Program-made: the position numbers and the translations under genes
Source: Lama guanicoe
Taxonomy: Eukaryota
Reading direction: 5' to 3'
Assembly (NCBI GenBank): GCA_013239625.1
Contig: MU053934.1
Coordinates: forward strand, 1,519,285 to 1,583,284
Length of the DNA: 64,000 bases
Shown: in pieces, positions 25,896 to 39,600 of the stretch
Layout of the letters: the number at the start of each line of letters is the position of its first letter
How positions within the stretch are numbered: the stretch's first letter is position 1
Notes under the pieces: generated by a model
What the model saw: the letters and a program-made list of their open reading frames with translations, nothing else
Databases searched by the model: none
Told to the model about the DNA's origin: nothing

Positions 25896-26924
25896 CACAC
25901 GCTGAAAACCTTTGCTCTTAGCCCATCCTCTTCGTTTACCCGGGAAACTGAGGATCAGAGACGAGGAGGGGGAGACTGTGACTCACCCAAGACCCCAGTG
26001 AATCAATAGGAAAGCCCAGAGCTCCTGAAATTTGAATCAAAGCTGGAGAGACTCCAAAAGTAGAACTAAATGAAGAATGTCTGTCATTTGAGTTAATGTC
26101 TTCAGTATTCTCTCTCTCTCTCTTTTTTTTTTTAAGATGAAGAGGTGGCAACAGCACTGATTGGCTGTGATTACTAATGACCTTTTGTATTAGCTGCTTA
26201 TATTTCTGTAAGCTGCAGGGGTGAAATAATCTCTTCTCAAGCCTGCCGACTCCATCCCCTCGTTGAGAGTAGAGCCTGGTACTCTCACCTCAGAACTGGC
26301 AGCTCTGAGCACAGTGGGTCCTAATGGTAGTAATCAGGGGTGAGTGTCACTCAACTCATGAAGTCTCTGTCCCCCTACACGCACCCTTTGTGCTTGCTGC
26401 TCCTTCTGCCTGCTCCTGTGTGCATCCTTTAAAGCCCCAGGCATCGTCACCTCCTCCCTGAGGCCTTCTCTGACTCCTTCAGACCCAGCCGTTGCCTATG
26501 TGCCTTCCCATCACCCTTGCTCCACAGGCTCCCTCACATGGGCTCTGAGCCTCTGCTTCCTCCTGGGTGGAACGGAGGTTATAACAGCACCCACCTCTTA
26601 GGACGGTTGTGGAGGAAAGTGAGATGCTCCCTGGAGCGTGTTGTGAGTGTGCGGGAAACATCATCGTTTGTATTATTTCCACCATTGTCACACTAGTAAA
26701 GCACCACCCCCTCCTGTTAGTAGTTGTGCAAACGTCTCCCCTGCTAGACTGAACTTCTTACGGGCAGGTGCTGTACCTTACTGAGCCAGATGCTCGGCGC
26801 TTAGCCTGGTGCCTGGCACGCAGTAGGAGGGAAGAAAGGAGAAAAGGAAAATAACAGTTTGTGAGCAAGCACCAAATGCCAGGTGCCGCCATGCTGGTAT
26901 CCCAAGTATTAACCTTTCTGGCCC

Positions 26925-27785
26925 TGTCGTCAAGCCCAAGTTCTTATGCCCGACGCACAGGGAGTCTAAACAAACCACAACCTTAGAGTTTGGAGCAGAG
27001 AAAGGTTTATTGCAAGACTGCTCATGCTCAAAAGACCCAAACTCCCTGGTGGTTTTCAAGGAAGAGTTTTTAAAGGCAAAAATTTAGGGGGAGGGCTGCG
27101 GGGTTTGTAACTTTCTTCTGATTGGCTGGTGGGGCGGTAACAGGGTGATGTTCCAGGAATCTCAGTCATCAGCCTTCGGGTTCCAACCAGTCTGGACTCC
27201 ACGTGCTTGTGCTCAGCCTGAAGTCACCATCCTCCATCTGGGTGGGGGCCCAGCTCCTGTAGAACTCAGAGAGCTGTGTCAGACTGTGGTACAGGGACAG
27301 GAGGAGGAGCTGGGACCCTGCTTTATCGCCACACGATTATTTCCTGACTGCTTTTCCCTTTTTTCCGCGTGCCCTCATTCCCTAGTTAGTGACTGTATAA
27401 ATCTGCCCTTTGGAACTCAGGGAAGGTCTAGGAGGCTGAAGCCTTTTTCCTACACACAAGAAACTGGGGGCACAGAAAGGCTTTTGTAACTGGGAGGGCC
27501 CCACAGGGTCCTGCTCTGTTTGAGTCCTCCCTTTTCTTTAATACTCCTCTATCTTTTTTTTTTTTTTTTGGTGGGGGAGTTAGTTAGGTTTATTTATTCT
27601 TAGAGGAAGTACTGGGAATTGAACCCAGAACCCCATGCATGCTAAGCATGCGCTCTACGACTTGAGCCATACCCTCCCCCCAGTACTCTTCAATCTTGAG
27701 GGGAACAGGTACGGGACAAGGAAGGGGATAGAGTTCTGGATAGCAACTCGGCAGAGTAACCTAGTTTTAGGGGGACACGGTTTCA
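26925..27785 (-). mobile_element. ERV1-type solo LTR with nested SINE
   Basis: TG...CA ends, 4-bp TSD GCCC (26921-26924 / 27786-27789), minus-strand AATAAA (tttatt near 27006) and CCAAT (attgg 27121). Confidence 0.85.
27556..27681 (-). mobile_element. tRNA-Ala-derived SINE (vic-1-like) nested in LTR
   Basis: Poly-T, then attgaacccag..gctaagcatgcgctctac..tgagccataccctcccc; degenerate TSD aatactcctctatctt / agtactcttcaatctt. Confidence 0.85.
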
Positions 27786-28077
27786 GCCCTACAAGGTTTT
27801 GTATTTTTTTCATATCACTAAAATTTAAGTCTGAAGGAAGGTATCACTTCTTAAGGTTTCTCAGCTTAATAGAATCGAGACCCAGACCCAGGTCTCTCTG
27901 GCTGCAGAGCCCTGGTCTTGTCCTGCACCCTCATCACACTGCCCCTGGCTGCTCGATGCTTATTTGGAATTTGCAGTAGCCCAGCCCTCCAACATCCACA
28001 ATTATTGTTCGACCCACGACTAGCTTTTCTGATTATGATGCATATCTGGGTCTGTGCACATTTCCAGGTCACTCATC

Positions 28078-28506
28078 TGTCAACTGAAGAAAAATGCACA
28101 ATCTATCAATTCAAAATTATATTTTATCCAGGGACCTTACCGAGGACTGTAACCCAGGGTAGCAGCCTCTCAGATAGCTCTGAGGGACTGTTCCAAAGAC
28201 TTAAGGAAGAGCCAAGATATATGGGGGGAAAAACCTGTAGTCGAACGGGAAAAGATTACTGCTAACCACAAAAAACAGACATCTCAGGTTAATGATTTTA
28301 GTGCTTTTCTCTGTACAGGAAGACGCAAGAGTCTGGGCTTATTGAAATCATTCCATTGATATGCATCTTAACTACCTAGAGCCAGTGTCTTGTTTTTTTC
28401 CATCCTGAATTCCCCTCAGGGTGCACTGTGTGGGGGCTGGGGGGCTGCAGTGGCTGAGGGCTTGATGGTCTGTTTACTGAAAGAGCAATGACATGTTTTG
28501 TCCACA
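28078..28506. mobile_element. ERV LTR (solo)
   Basis: tgtcaactgaagaaaaatgcacaa ... ttttgtccaca; flanks catc/cacc as near-TSD. Confidence 0.7.
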
Positions 28507-29411
28507 CACCCTCAGCTATTAGCGGGAGATTGTCCCAAGGGCAGCAGTCTGTGGCTGAAAGGATCCCAGACAATGAGCACTAGCTGATATTGACCCAGCC
28601 CTCTTCTTCCAAGGATTTTAAAACCTTTCCCAGGTATTCTGTGAGGACAGATCTTACTGTTATAGAGGGATGACAGGAGGCAACCCAAGAACCCCATTTT
28701 CCATTTCCGACTGTTGGCTCATCCCTGGCGCTTTGAGCTGCAGACACAACTGACTCTTGAAAGCAGGTTGCCAACAGGAGAGACCGTAAATATGGGCAGC
28801 AGGGGACCAGCCCCTGGTAGTTGGGGTGGTGGTAGCTGGATGTGACGGGAGAAGAGCTCAGAGCTGAGACTGAGCCCTGGGGTGGACAGGGGAGGTGAAA
28901 GGTCGGGGAGAGTCGCCCTTAACTCTGCAAAAGCCAAGCCTGGGAAGCCACCGGAAGGCATCACGGATGAGAGACCACAGGCATTAGCAGGAGAACACCT
29001 GGGCCCTCTGACGTGCCATTTTGGAAACCAAACTGGACACTCAAGCAGTGATGTCAAGGGGTCTTCAGACTGGGAGGCGGGAGAACTGGGTCCAGTTCCA
29101 GTTCTGCTAACTGTGTCACAGCCCCCCTTTCTGTAACGATGAGGAGCAACTGAGGGGACAGGGGAAGACAGAAGAGGATTGATACTAGAGGGAAGAAAGA
29201 GACTGACAGCCGTTGTGGAGGGATGACAGAACTGACCACCGGCCCAGGGACGGGGGCAGGAGTGACATTACATGGAGGGAGCCCAGTGCCAGAACAGACC
29301 TCACGCTGGGACTGGCTGCCTCCTTTGGTAGTGGGCTCCCCACCCCTGGAGGTGTGAAGGCAGAGGTCGGAGGGAAGAGGATTCCTGAATGGTTGGCAGG
29401 GTTGACTAGAC

Positions 29412-29689
29412 CAGGATTTGCAAACTTTTCCTGTAAAGGGCCAGATAGTGAATATTTTTAGTTTGAGGGGGCCATGAGAGCGGCAGGCAGGCAGACGGTA
29501 AGCCAGTGCAAGGGCCCAGCTGTGTTCCTGTCAAGCTTTATTTATGGACACTGAAATTTGAATTTTGTGTGATTTTCACATGTTGTGAAATGTTCTTCTT
29601 TGGATTTTTTTTCAACTATTTATAAATGCTTAGCTTGTAGGCCATACCAAAGCAGACTGCATTTGGACGTTACAGTTTGTTGACCTCTG
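29412..29689. mobile_element. MER58B-like hAT DNA transposon
   Basis: gcaaacttttcctgtaaagggccagatagtgaatatttt ... tacagtttgttgacctctg. Confidence 0.75.
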
Positions 29690-31295
29690 GGCCAGAGGCA
29701 GAATGATGGAGGGCATTGTTCTTCAAAGTGGGGTCCCAGAGCACCCCCAGCAGAGATGCTTGAAGATGCTCCAGCCCTGGACCCCATGCGTCAGAATCTC
29801 TGCCACTTCCTACTCTGCCCCAGGGAGCCCTCACGTCTTGAAGCTCTGGTTCCTTGACCATAAGTGCTGGTGCCAGGTTAGAACTCAAATCTCTGTCTTG
29901 AGAATAACAGGGACTAATGTCTAGAAAAGGCTTCGTGTCAACTGGCTGCATAGCACATAGTAAGGCGTCCAGGATGAGCTCCTGAGTCAGACCAGGCGGT
30001 CTGAGTCCTAGTTTATCCTTCCCTGCTTTGTTACCTGGAACAAGTTACTTGACCTCTCTGTTCTCCAGTTTCCTGTCTATAAAATAAGGGTAGTAATGGC
30101 ACGTATCAGTTGGGATTGCTGCGTTGCTGTGTTGGGAGACTGTTGTGTTGCCACATTATGAAGCATTTGGCCTGATGCCTGCCAGACGGCAGTTTTCCAT
30201 CGTTGTTAGCTGTTGTGATTTTTCCTCAGTGTTATCATCATTGTTGGGGCATAGTCTCAATTTTTGACAGAGCCAAGGTGCCCACCCAGGGCTCTGGCTC
30301 CAGTGCAGCCTCTGTCTGGTCTTGGTGTCGCTGGGAGTGAGCAGTTGCTGGCTGGCTGGGTGGCAGCCACATTCACAGATGCGTCAGGTTTCAGGCTGTG
30401 GGGTGGAGCCACTTCTCACTTGGGAATTAAAGCCTTTGCCTGACCCTACAGCTGGAGCTGGTGAATAGGTTTTGTTCCCTCACTGAGCTCAAAGAAATAA
30501 GAGTAAAGTCCCGGATTTCCGCCCTTTTGGTTTTAGGGGAAAAACAAAAACAAAAACCCTCAGTGTCTTCTGATTAGCTTGGGGCCATCACCCCATGAAA
30601 AGCAGGGGGATTCAGGACAAGTTAACTCTTTACCTCCTTACCAAGGAGGTCTCAGTCTAGGCTAGCGCTTTCCAGACTTATGCCCTGCATGTACCGCCTT
30701 TAGTTTTATTTTCATAGTGTTTTCCTCTTGTTGGCTCACCTTTTTAAATTTCAGTTTATCCTGTGTAATTATATTCCGAAATCATGGCTTTGATGAGCTG
30801 GTTCATGTTTTTGCCTTCTACTCTACATAAAATATGCAGCTCTAAAAACGTCTTTACGTTGGCCCATGAGCCCACCTAACGCTTTCCCAGGTGGTACATT
30901 TTGGCCACTCGGACATAAGCAGTCTGAATAGGTCCGAACTTACACTCTGCATCAAAAGATCTGTGTTCAAGTGCCAGCTCCTCCCCTTCCCAGCCTTGTC
31001 CCCCAGGCAAGTGACAAAACCTCCCAGGGGCTCTTGCCCCCATGGACATGGGAAACTTGACAATCAGTTGAGCACTGAAGAGTGCCGTGGAGACCAAACA
31101 TCTGTGCAAGACCCATGGGGAGGACCTGGGCTTTGCTATTGATGGGGAGGGGGAAGAAGGGAAGGAGGGAGCCAGAGAGAAGAGGAGGGAAGAGCCAGCC
31201 AGACCGCATGCAGCTGAGACTAGGAAAATTGAAGGACAGATGGAGGTGTCCCCTGTTCCCCTGGAACTTGTTTGCATTGATCGAGGATAAACCTT

Positions 31296-31665
31296 TGGGG
31301 TGGTTAACTTTATGTGTCCAGTTGGCCAGGCCATGGTACCCAGGTATTAAGCCAAACATTATTTTGGATGTTTCTGTGAAGGTACTTTTTAGGTGAAATT
31401 AACATTTAAGTCAGAATTTGAGAAAAGCGATTACCTGGTGTGGGGAGGGGGCTCACCCAATCAGTTGAAGGCATTAATAGAAGAAAGACGGGCCTCTCCA
31501 GAAGAGGGAATTCTGCCAGCAGACAACCTCTGGACTTGAGCCACATGTGTTCTCCGAGTCTTCAGCCAGCTGGCCTGCCCTGCAGATTTTGAACTTGCCA
31601 AGCCTCCATAATAGCATAAGCAATTCCTTAAATCTCGTGATAGATAAATAGAAAGATAGATAGAT
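31296..31665 (+). mobile_element. MLT2-type ERVL LTR (3' truncated at GATA repeat)
   Basis: tggttaactttatgtgtccagttggccaggccatggtaccc...caaacattattttggatgtttctgtga. Confidence 0.8.
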
Positions 31666-31890
31666 GTGTCAGTAACATCTTTGAATAGGTCAGAGCTTAG
31701 ACTCTGCATCAGAAGATCAGGGTTCAAGTGCCAGCTCCTCGCCTTCCCAGCTTTTTCTTCCCCTAACTCACAGATGTTGGGGGAAGAAGAAGAGAATGTC
31801 ATACACACCTTGGGCAGCCACTTCAAGCCTCTGCTGTCACAGCCTTGCTCCTTCTTACCTGGATAGTTTTTTAAAACCCTCCTTCATCTA

Positions 31891-32166
31891 GAGGATAGGG
31901 CTATAGCTCAGTGGTAAAGTGTGTACTTAGCATGCATGAGGTCCTGGGTTCAATCCCCAATACCTCCATTTTTAAAAAATAATAATAGTAATAATTTTTA
32001 AAACTACCACTTTTCCCATCCATGGGATAGACATCAATATTCACTGAAGCATTATCGAATACCTGCACGATCAAAATTAATTAAATTTTCTCTCTGCTAA
32101 ATTATTATCTTTCTTAAATTCATGTAGAAATATAAGTAGCAAGTAAAACTTTTAAAGAAAAAAAAA
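31891..32166 (+). mobile_element. vic-1-like SINE with ~170-nt extra 3' sequence
   Basis: tatagctcagtgg / gggttcaatcc boxes; 22-nt TSD with 1 mismatch (31869-31890 / 32167-32188). Confidence 0.8.
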
Positions 32167-35100
32167 TTTTAAAGCCCTCCTTCATCTAACTGAAATTTTC
32201 TTCAGTTAGGTGCTATAATTAGTTACATCAACTTTAAAATTGGGGGTTGCAGAAGTTATGCCTTCTGTAAGGTATTTTAGAGTTCCTCTGTGGTTACAAA
32301 ATGGCAGGGGAGAGGCAGCCAGGGTTTTGAGGAAGGATGGCTTAGCCACTCAGGAAACTGATGGAACTTTCCATGCTGGTTCTGGAAAGAGCTTTTCATT
32401 TGGAAAGTAGGCTTCAAGACAGTTTGCTAACTGGAAAGAAAAAAAAAATGGCTTCTACATGTATGTGATTTAAAAATCTATTTTATGGGAATGAATGCTT
32501 GAAGTTTTCAAACAATGAATTTGGGGTTGATATTTTTATAGTTGGCAGTGTTTGTGTTGGTGCTGGCTGTTGGGCTCAGTGGGACACAGAGCTCGTGACG
32601 TGCATCCTCCCATTTCTTCCTCACACAGCCCTAGAAGGTGAGCACTTTAGTTATTTCTGTTCTGCAGGAGAGGAACTATGGCACAGAGAGGTTAAGGAAT
32701 TCTCTCAGGGTCACACAGCTAGTGAGTACTCAAGTCAGGACTTAAACTAGGATTTGTCTGTGTCCAGATCCCACCCTTTTAACTTTTCCATCTCATTGCT
32801 TCCCCTTAGAATCGAAAGGGACCTGCCAGGTTTCCTTTGAGCACCTGGTACCGGGCTGCACTCAGGGTCCATCTAGGGACAAGTTTGTTCATCATAGTTC
32901 TTTCTGTCCTCCTCGCAGACACACATCTTTAGCATATTGGTTGCCTCCTGCTGCTTATCCCTGACCTGACAGAAAGCACAGGTGAAGCCATCCTGTTATC
33001 AGGAGAGCACAACCTTCCCCAGGAGCCACTGGGAAGAGAATTCCGCTTGTGTCTCAGTGGCCAGAACTGAGTCACAGGGCCTCTTCCGGCTACAAGGAAG
33101 CCAAGAAAAGCTAAACAGTGTGGGCTGGTGGAGAGCTGTCTTTCACAGCCACAGACTGCTACAGTCCGCTTCAGCCAGAAGAGTTAATAAGTACCTAATG
33201 TAGTCACAGGGTGAGTTAACACGAATACCACATCCAGCGTGGGCAGGTGAGTGAGTTCGCACACTGCGTTTCCAGGAGGACAGCACAGCTGGCCTGTGTC
33301 CCAAGGGGATCGATGGGAGCGGTGAAGGCTCCAGAGGTCACGGCCAGGGTGGAGTGGTCATAGGAACTGAGGAAGGTAGCATGGAGGTGAGATTAAGGAG
33401 GGACTTGACACTTAAAAAAAATAGGTCATAGGACTGCTGAATGGAAGGAAAATTGGGGTTTCTACGCAACCGCTCCTTAGGGATCAATAAAAGCCAAAGG
33501 GTGGGAATATTTTATTTAAATTAACGTGCTCTAGGATTTATTGTCTTCATGCATTTGGTGTCATTCCTCATTCAGTCATTCATCAAACCCGTACTGCAGG
33601 TTTATCTCAGACCGGGTCCTGTCTGGAGTAGAGAATTCAGTGACTCATGAGCCATAATCTCCACCCTGGCATTCACAGCCTAATGGGAGAGACAGAGAAT
33701 AGAGAAATAAATACCAAGGAGTTATTTTAACAACTCCACTAAACAGAGCTTATAGTTGTGGCCTGCACAAAATGCTGTCACAGGGAGACTTGACCTTGGG
33801 CTGGGCTCAGGAGCATGGGTCACAGGAGGGAGACGGCGAGGAGCATGTTGGTAGAAGGTCAGACTCGCTCACAAGCACAGAGGCCTGAGGGAGTAGAACG
33901 GTGGGGGCGAGGGGTGGGGGGGATCCTGGGAGAAGGCACTTGGTGGGAAGAGGAAGTAGGAAGAAGGCCGGGTCTCCAAGCCACATCCTGCCACCAGGCT
34001 TCGGGATACGTTGGCTGCAAGTGACAGATGGGAGACCAGCCAACACAGCTGGGCCTGCCCCATGCGCTGGACTCACCTGGCAAGAAGTCTGAAGGTCGGC
34101 GGTTTCAGGGTTGTTGTGACAGCTCAGCAATGCCTTTCGACACAAGGCTCTTTCTTTCTCTGTCCTGAACGTGCTGGCTTTGTGTCCTGAGCGTGTAGCC
34201 TCCTGCACTCAAGCTCCCAGCACCAATTTCCCACGCTGACTCCTAGAAGACAGGAAGGAAGGAGACGGGGAGAAAAGGCTCCCCCTCCCCACTGCTGCCC
34301 TGCAGACACCCCGTGCTCCCCAGGGGTCAGGGCTGGGCGCTGGGTTGGGGCCACTGCTTTGGTCGGGGACGAGGCTGTGGGGCAGCCTAGGGGTTGTCTG
34401 TGCCTGATTCCCTCTATCTGGCTTTGAGGAGTGGTCTGCCGGGCCATGGGCATTGTCCCCCTCTGGATCCTCAGCCTCCCGTGGGCTCCTGGATCCTTCC
34501 CGGTCTCAGCACTGCCTTTTCTCCCTCCTTCAGGTCTCTTCTCCCCAGTCCTTTAGACTAACCCTCTAGCCCCTCTCCTCCCTGTCATCCCTTATGGTTC
34601 ATCACTGCACCATTCACTCTGCACATGCCCTTCCCCCGCCAGGAGCATCCCTGCTCATCTTCCCCAGCCTGGCAGCTCATGCTCTGTGCTCAGCTCAGAT
34701 GGCACCTCTTCACTGGAAACTTCCCGGGTCCCCCTGCTGGGGCTCTCCCCCTGCTCTCGCCCCCCCCCCAGTGCCCTGGACTGACCTCAGTCACATCACT
34801 TGTCATTTTGCACTAAAAATGTCTGTCCAGTTCCTCTCCCTGACTGCTGTGAGACCCCCTCAAGGGTAGGGACTCTGTTCTTCATCTTTGTCTGTCTCGC
34901 ACCTGGCACCTGGCACCGGGCTGGACAAATAGCTGCTCAGACAGGGTGGTGGGAGGGCAGAGCGGTGGGTGGGAGAGACTGGGTGGGCAGGAAGGGGGCG
35001 TCTGGAGGGCAGCTAGAGGAGAGGGCAGATGGGATGAAGGGGAACTGGGCAGGGGATGGAGGGAGGTGGTGGGGAGGGAGGGGCGGGGAACAGAGATAGG

Positions 35101-36419
35101 TGTTACTTAGAGCAGATTCCAAACAGCTTACCATTTCACTGATGAATATTTCAGTGTGTCTCTTAAAGGTATGGAATAGGATTTTTATTTAAAAACACAC
35201 AACCAAGCCATAATCACAAGGCCACTGCACACTTTTAAAAGTATGCAGATGTTGTTTTTTCAAGCCTGAAAAACAGTGAAGACTAAAAGGAAAGCTCCCC
35301 AAAGGTTCGCTGTGGCTCCTTTGGGTGATGGCTGGTAGGTGGCCTTCACACTGGAAAGACGGCATTCCGTGAGTGTGGTCTGAAGAGAAGACGGCTGTGG
35401 GTGCCCTGGCGGGGGTACCGGCCAGAGGAGGAGGATCTCAAAAGAGGGCCTGTGGCAGCCACCCAGAGCTGGCGCGTCGTGTCACTGCTTGCTTTATTGT
35501 AGCAGCTGACTGCCGTTCTCTCCCTGTCACCCAGGTAGGTGAGCCCTGGTCACAGTCGAGGTGGGACTAGGGCTGCTACTGAACTTGGCCTTTAAGACAG
35601 ATCCTTACTATTTACAAACCATATTTTATTGAATCTAGAAGGAGAAAAACTGCCAGCTGAGCTCTGACAGGTCACTGTTTGGAAGAAACATCCCAGCATC
35701 AGAGGGAGGGGCTCAAGAACGAACAGGGAGCTTAGGGTCAGTGAAACACGAGGAATGGTACCCAGGGTGGGGTGGGGACAGGTACTCAGCCCTCAGCTGG
35801 AGCGGCAAGGTGGCCTGGAGGCTCAGTCAGTCCTTCCACAAACATTGGACAAACCTCTACTCTGTCCCACCAGAGGGCAGGCCCCGGTGAGACATCTGTC
35901 CCCTGGAAGCAGGTGAGGGGCGGAGCAGAGTGCCAGCACTCTGGACCAGAGGCCCGCCAGGCCTGGCTTTGCATCCCCACTCCTGCACTTATGGGTGTGG
36001 GTGTCAGCTGTCCCCACACGTGGTGGGAACTGCAGGGCGGTGACAAAAGCTGAGGTACGCAGAGGGTCCAGCATAGGCTGACACTCCGTGAATGCCGGTC
36101 ACTGCGTCACTGTTACCTATGATGACACTGCCGGGTGCAGGGTGAGGGCTGACACAGTTTGCCCAGTTGGAGGCAACACTGCAGGGCTGGCACTAGGCGG
36201 GTAGGGCCTTAAAAGTCTTCCCCATGAGCACATCCAAATCTCACACCCCTCGTACTGTCTCAGCACTTGCCCTTTTCTGCCGGAGCATTTTTGCCTTTGT
36301 GGTGTCCTGTAGTCCTACACTGGACTGTAGGCTTCCTGAAGGCAGGGCCTGGTCAGTTTTGCTCATTGATGTCTCCCGGGGCCTGGGTGACACGTGTTGA
36401 GAATGTTTTGGAGGAACTG

Positions 36420-36620
36420 AACTTAGTGGTTAAGAGTACAGATTGGGGAACTAGACCACTTTGGGTTCAAATCCCTGAAGCATACAAGCTGTGTGATGAT
36501 GGGCAAGCCACTGACCTCTCTGTGCCCCTCAGTTTTTCCATCCTCCGCCTTAGGGGCTGGGTGAGGGCTGACTGAGCTGGTGTGAAGTGCCGAGCCCCGT
36601 GATTGTTGCGAACTGGGAGC
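36420..36620 (+). mobile_element. MIR SINE
   Basis: tagtggttaagagtacag...gggttcaaatcc...gctgtgtga..gggcaag..acctctctgtgcccctcagttt. Confidence 0.7.
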
Positions 36621-39600
36621 ACAGTGAGTCAGGGTCGTGGTGGTCATCTCGTAGTCGCCTGTGAAGCGGTGCCTGCCTGCAGGGAAGCAAAGCGTCCCAG
36701 GCAGAAGCCCAGGCGTGTGGAAGAACAAGGCCCACGGGGGGAGGGAGGAGAGTACAGCTGATCGGGGCTGAGCTCAGCCCCCAGCGTCCCTCTCAGGCAC
36801 TGGCGGGGGTCATGGACAACACTTAGACAGAGAAAAGCACTGGCTGGATTTATGTTGGAAGAGGAACATGTGGAGGTGATGGTCCAGGCCTGGAGGAAGC
36901 AGCAGGGCCTGAATCACCAGAGCTGTCGCTGTGCTGATGGAGTCAGGGCAACTGACACACAGAGTCAAGTAGCTGGAACCCTCAGGACTTGGTGACTGAT
37001 CATGCAGAGTGGTGGGGAGACGGCTCTAGGCTGCTGCCCTCCGGGCTGACCTGGGCAGGAGGTGGTCGATGCGGCTCGCATCCATCATCTGACTGTAGGG
37101 GTCCCCTGAGCACCTGCAGAGATGGCCTCCTGCAAAGGAGGGCTTCCCCTCTGGCCGAGAGGCTGGCCAGATATTCAGGGTCCCCCAAGGACAAAGAGGC
37201 TGACACCAGGGGCCTGGAGCTGGAAGGCCACTCTCCAGCCACTCTCTCCTGCTCTCAGCCCAAGTCACAGTCATGGTACTTAGCAGTTACCCATCACTGC
37301 TCTTTATCTGACACTGTATATGTGACATCGGGCTGCAAAGTCCCAAGGCCTGTGAGGGAGGCAGTCTTCCCCTGGTTTCATGGATGAGGAAACCAAGACT
37401 CAGAGGCTCGGATCCTTGTCCATGGTCTCTGAGTTCAGAGGTGGGGCCAGACTCACTCACTCCAAAGCTATGCCTCTGCCCAGCCTGGCTGTGCCTACCC
37501 CAGCCCCACACCAAGAAGACAGACAGACGGGCGCCCAGCAAACCCATCCGCCGCCTGCCAGCCCTGGATGACAGCAAGCAGTTTGCAGGGCCTGGCTTCT
37601 CAGGAGCTGGAGACAAGGACAGAGCTGTCACAGGGCCCGCAAAAGTTATCGCCAGCAGCCCAGAGCTCGAGAAGCCAGCTGTCATTCTTTTGGAACTGGT
37701 AACCATTGTCAGGGTTTTTATTCCCTCTTCTTAAAATAGCCAGCTGAGTTCCTTTTGCGGTTAAAAACAAAAACAAAACACATACCCCCGGATTCCTGTG
37801 GGTTTAAATTTCTGCCCTTAATGGAGCACCCCACCCCTTGGATGTCTTTATTAAGGAAGTCTCAGAACGCTCCCCAGACCCGCAGGGAGAGGCCACGGGC
37901 GCACCTCTTCTGCTGGGATTGCTCAGACAGCTCTCTTCTCTCTCCTACCTCTTCCTTCTTTTCCTCTCCCCCTTCTTGTTTAGAATGACAGAAGCTCCCT
38001 CTTTTCCCCCACTCCTGCCAAAAAAACTCCATCCTCTGAATGGCTCCACCCACGGCCGGCACACAGGACTAAAGAACTTGCCAGCTGTGCTCAGGCTGGC
38101 ATCAGACTAGCGCACCCGGGGTCCTTACACATCCACGTTGTTTCCTTGGGATGGCTTTTCTCTTACTTACCAGTCTCCCCGCTGCCCCCCTAACAGCTGC
38201 TTGCCTTTCCAAAGCAACCACGATCCCTTCCAAAACCTTGACACTCTCTCTCCCAAGAGAAGGGAGGTGCCCATCGCTTTCCAGCAGTCACTGGGGGAAT
38301 TATAAGGGGATCCGATGAGGGAACCTCGGAGAGGCCTGCTGGTGGAGTCAGGGGTCCAGGAGGGGGCAGGCGGCCTGAGTGGTTCAGGAGGACCCTTACG
38401 GGACAGCAGAGCTCCCTGACTCCTGATTAGGGACGGGGCAGTGGCATCAGTGACCACCCCTCCCTTACTACCACGTGACCTCTCCGTGCCTCAGTGTCCT
38501 CACTCGTTACATGAGGACAACAGTGTACACCTTACAGGTGTGAGGATTGAGTCACCTTCTTTATATAAACAGCTCGTGGTGCTTGGTGCTACCTAGTCTA
38601 TAACTTGGGAAGTTAAAATATTACCGCTGTGGAAGGGCCTGCAGGCCCGGCTCGGGGGCTGGGGAGGCCTCGCAGGGTTTGGGCACAGAAGGGACATTGC
38701 CACTTTCAAGTTTCAGGAAGTTCACTCCGAGTCAGCATGGAGGATGGATAGGGGAGCGAGGCAATAGGAGCTGAGGCCGTGACTGACGAGGGAGAGGATG
38801 TGGCCTGGCTGGGGCAGTGGCTGAGGGCAGGGCAGGAGGGGAACAGGGAGAATGGAGTGTCAGGAGCTGGAATTGGCAGGACTTGGACTTGGGGGCCCAA
38901 GAGAGGTATTCAGGAGTCAGGTTGACTAGTCTTTCTGGCCCGTGTGACCGTTGGTCACCAGGACCTGGCTTCTGAAGGAGGAGCAGTTCTGTGTCGTTGA
39001 GGAGCCAGTGTTCCCCCAGACCCTCCACAGTAGGACATGGCCCCCTGCACTTGGAGGGACCCTTGTCCAGCTCTCTTTGGTTCAGGAGGTGTGTGAGTGC
39101 CCAGGGGTGGGGGGTGTGACACAGAGAAGCCGCACCCAGGACGTAACTGTGGGCTGAGCGAGTCCGTCTTGAAAACCCTTCTAGAGGGAGCCCCCCCCAT
39201 CCCCTCCCGCAGCCGTCACCAAGGGAGCAAAGCAGCCCTCCCTGTTGCCGGGTCCCCACTCGGTTGCCTCCGCTGCCTGGCGTGTGTCCTGGGCCACCCT
39301 GGCATCCATCTGACCGCAGGACCCAAGGGGGACCCAGGGTGGAACTGAAGTCAGGCCAATTTCAAAGGCAAGGTCACAAGAGCTACCGCTTTAGGGAGCC
39401 GACTGTGCCGGACTAGCCCAGGCGCTGCTTGACAAGATGAGTCTGCCTGCCTGGCTAGAAGAGGGCCCTGCCCAGTCACGGACTCTGCCCTCTCTGTCCT
39501 GCTGGGTCTGGCTCAGAGCTCCACCTCTTTGGGCTTCAGAGGGCAGGGACCATGTCTGTCCACATCGCATCTCCAGTGCCTAGAGCAGGCCTAGCACAAT

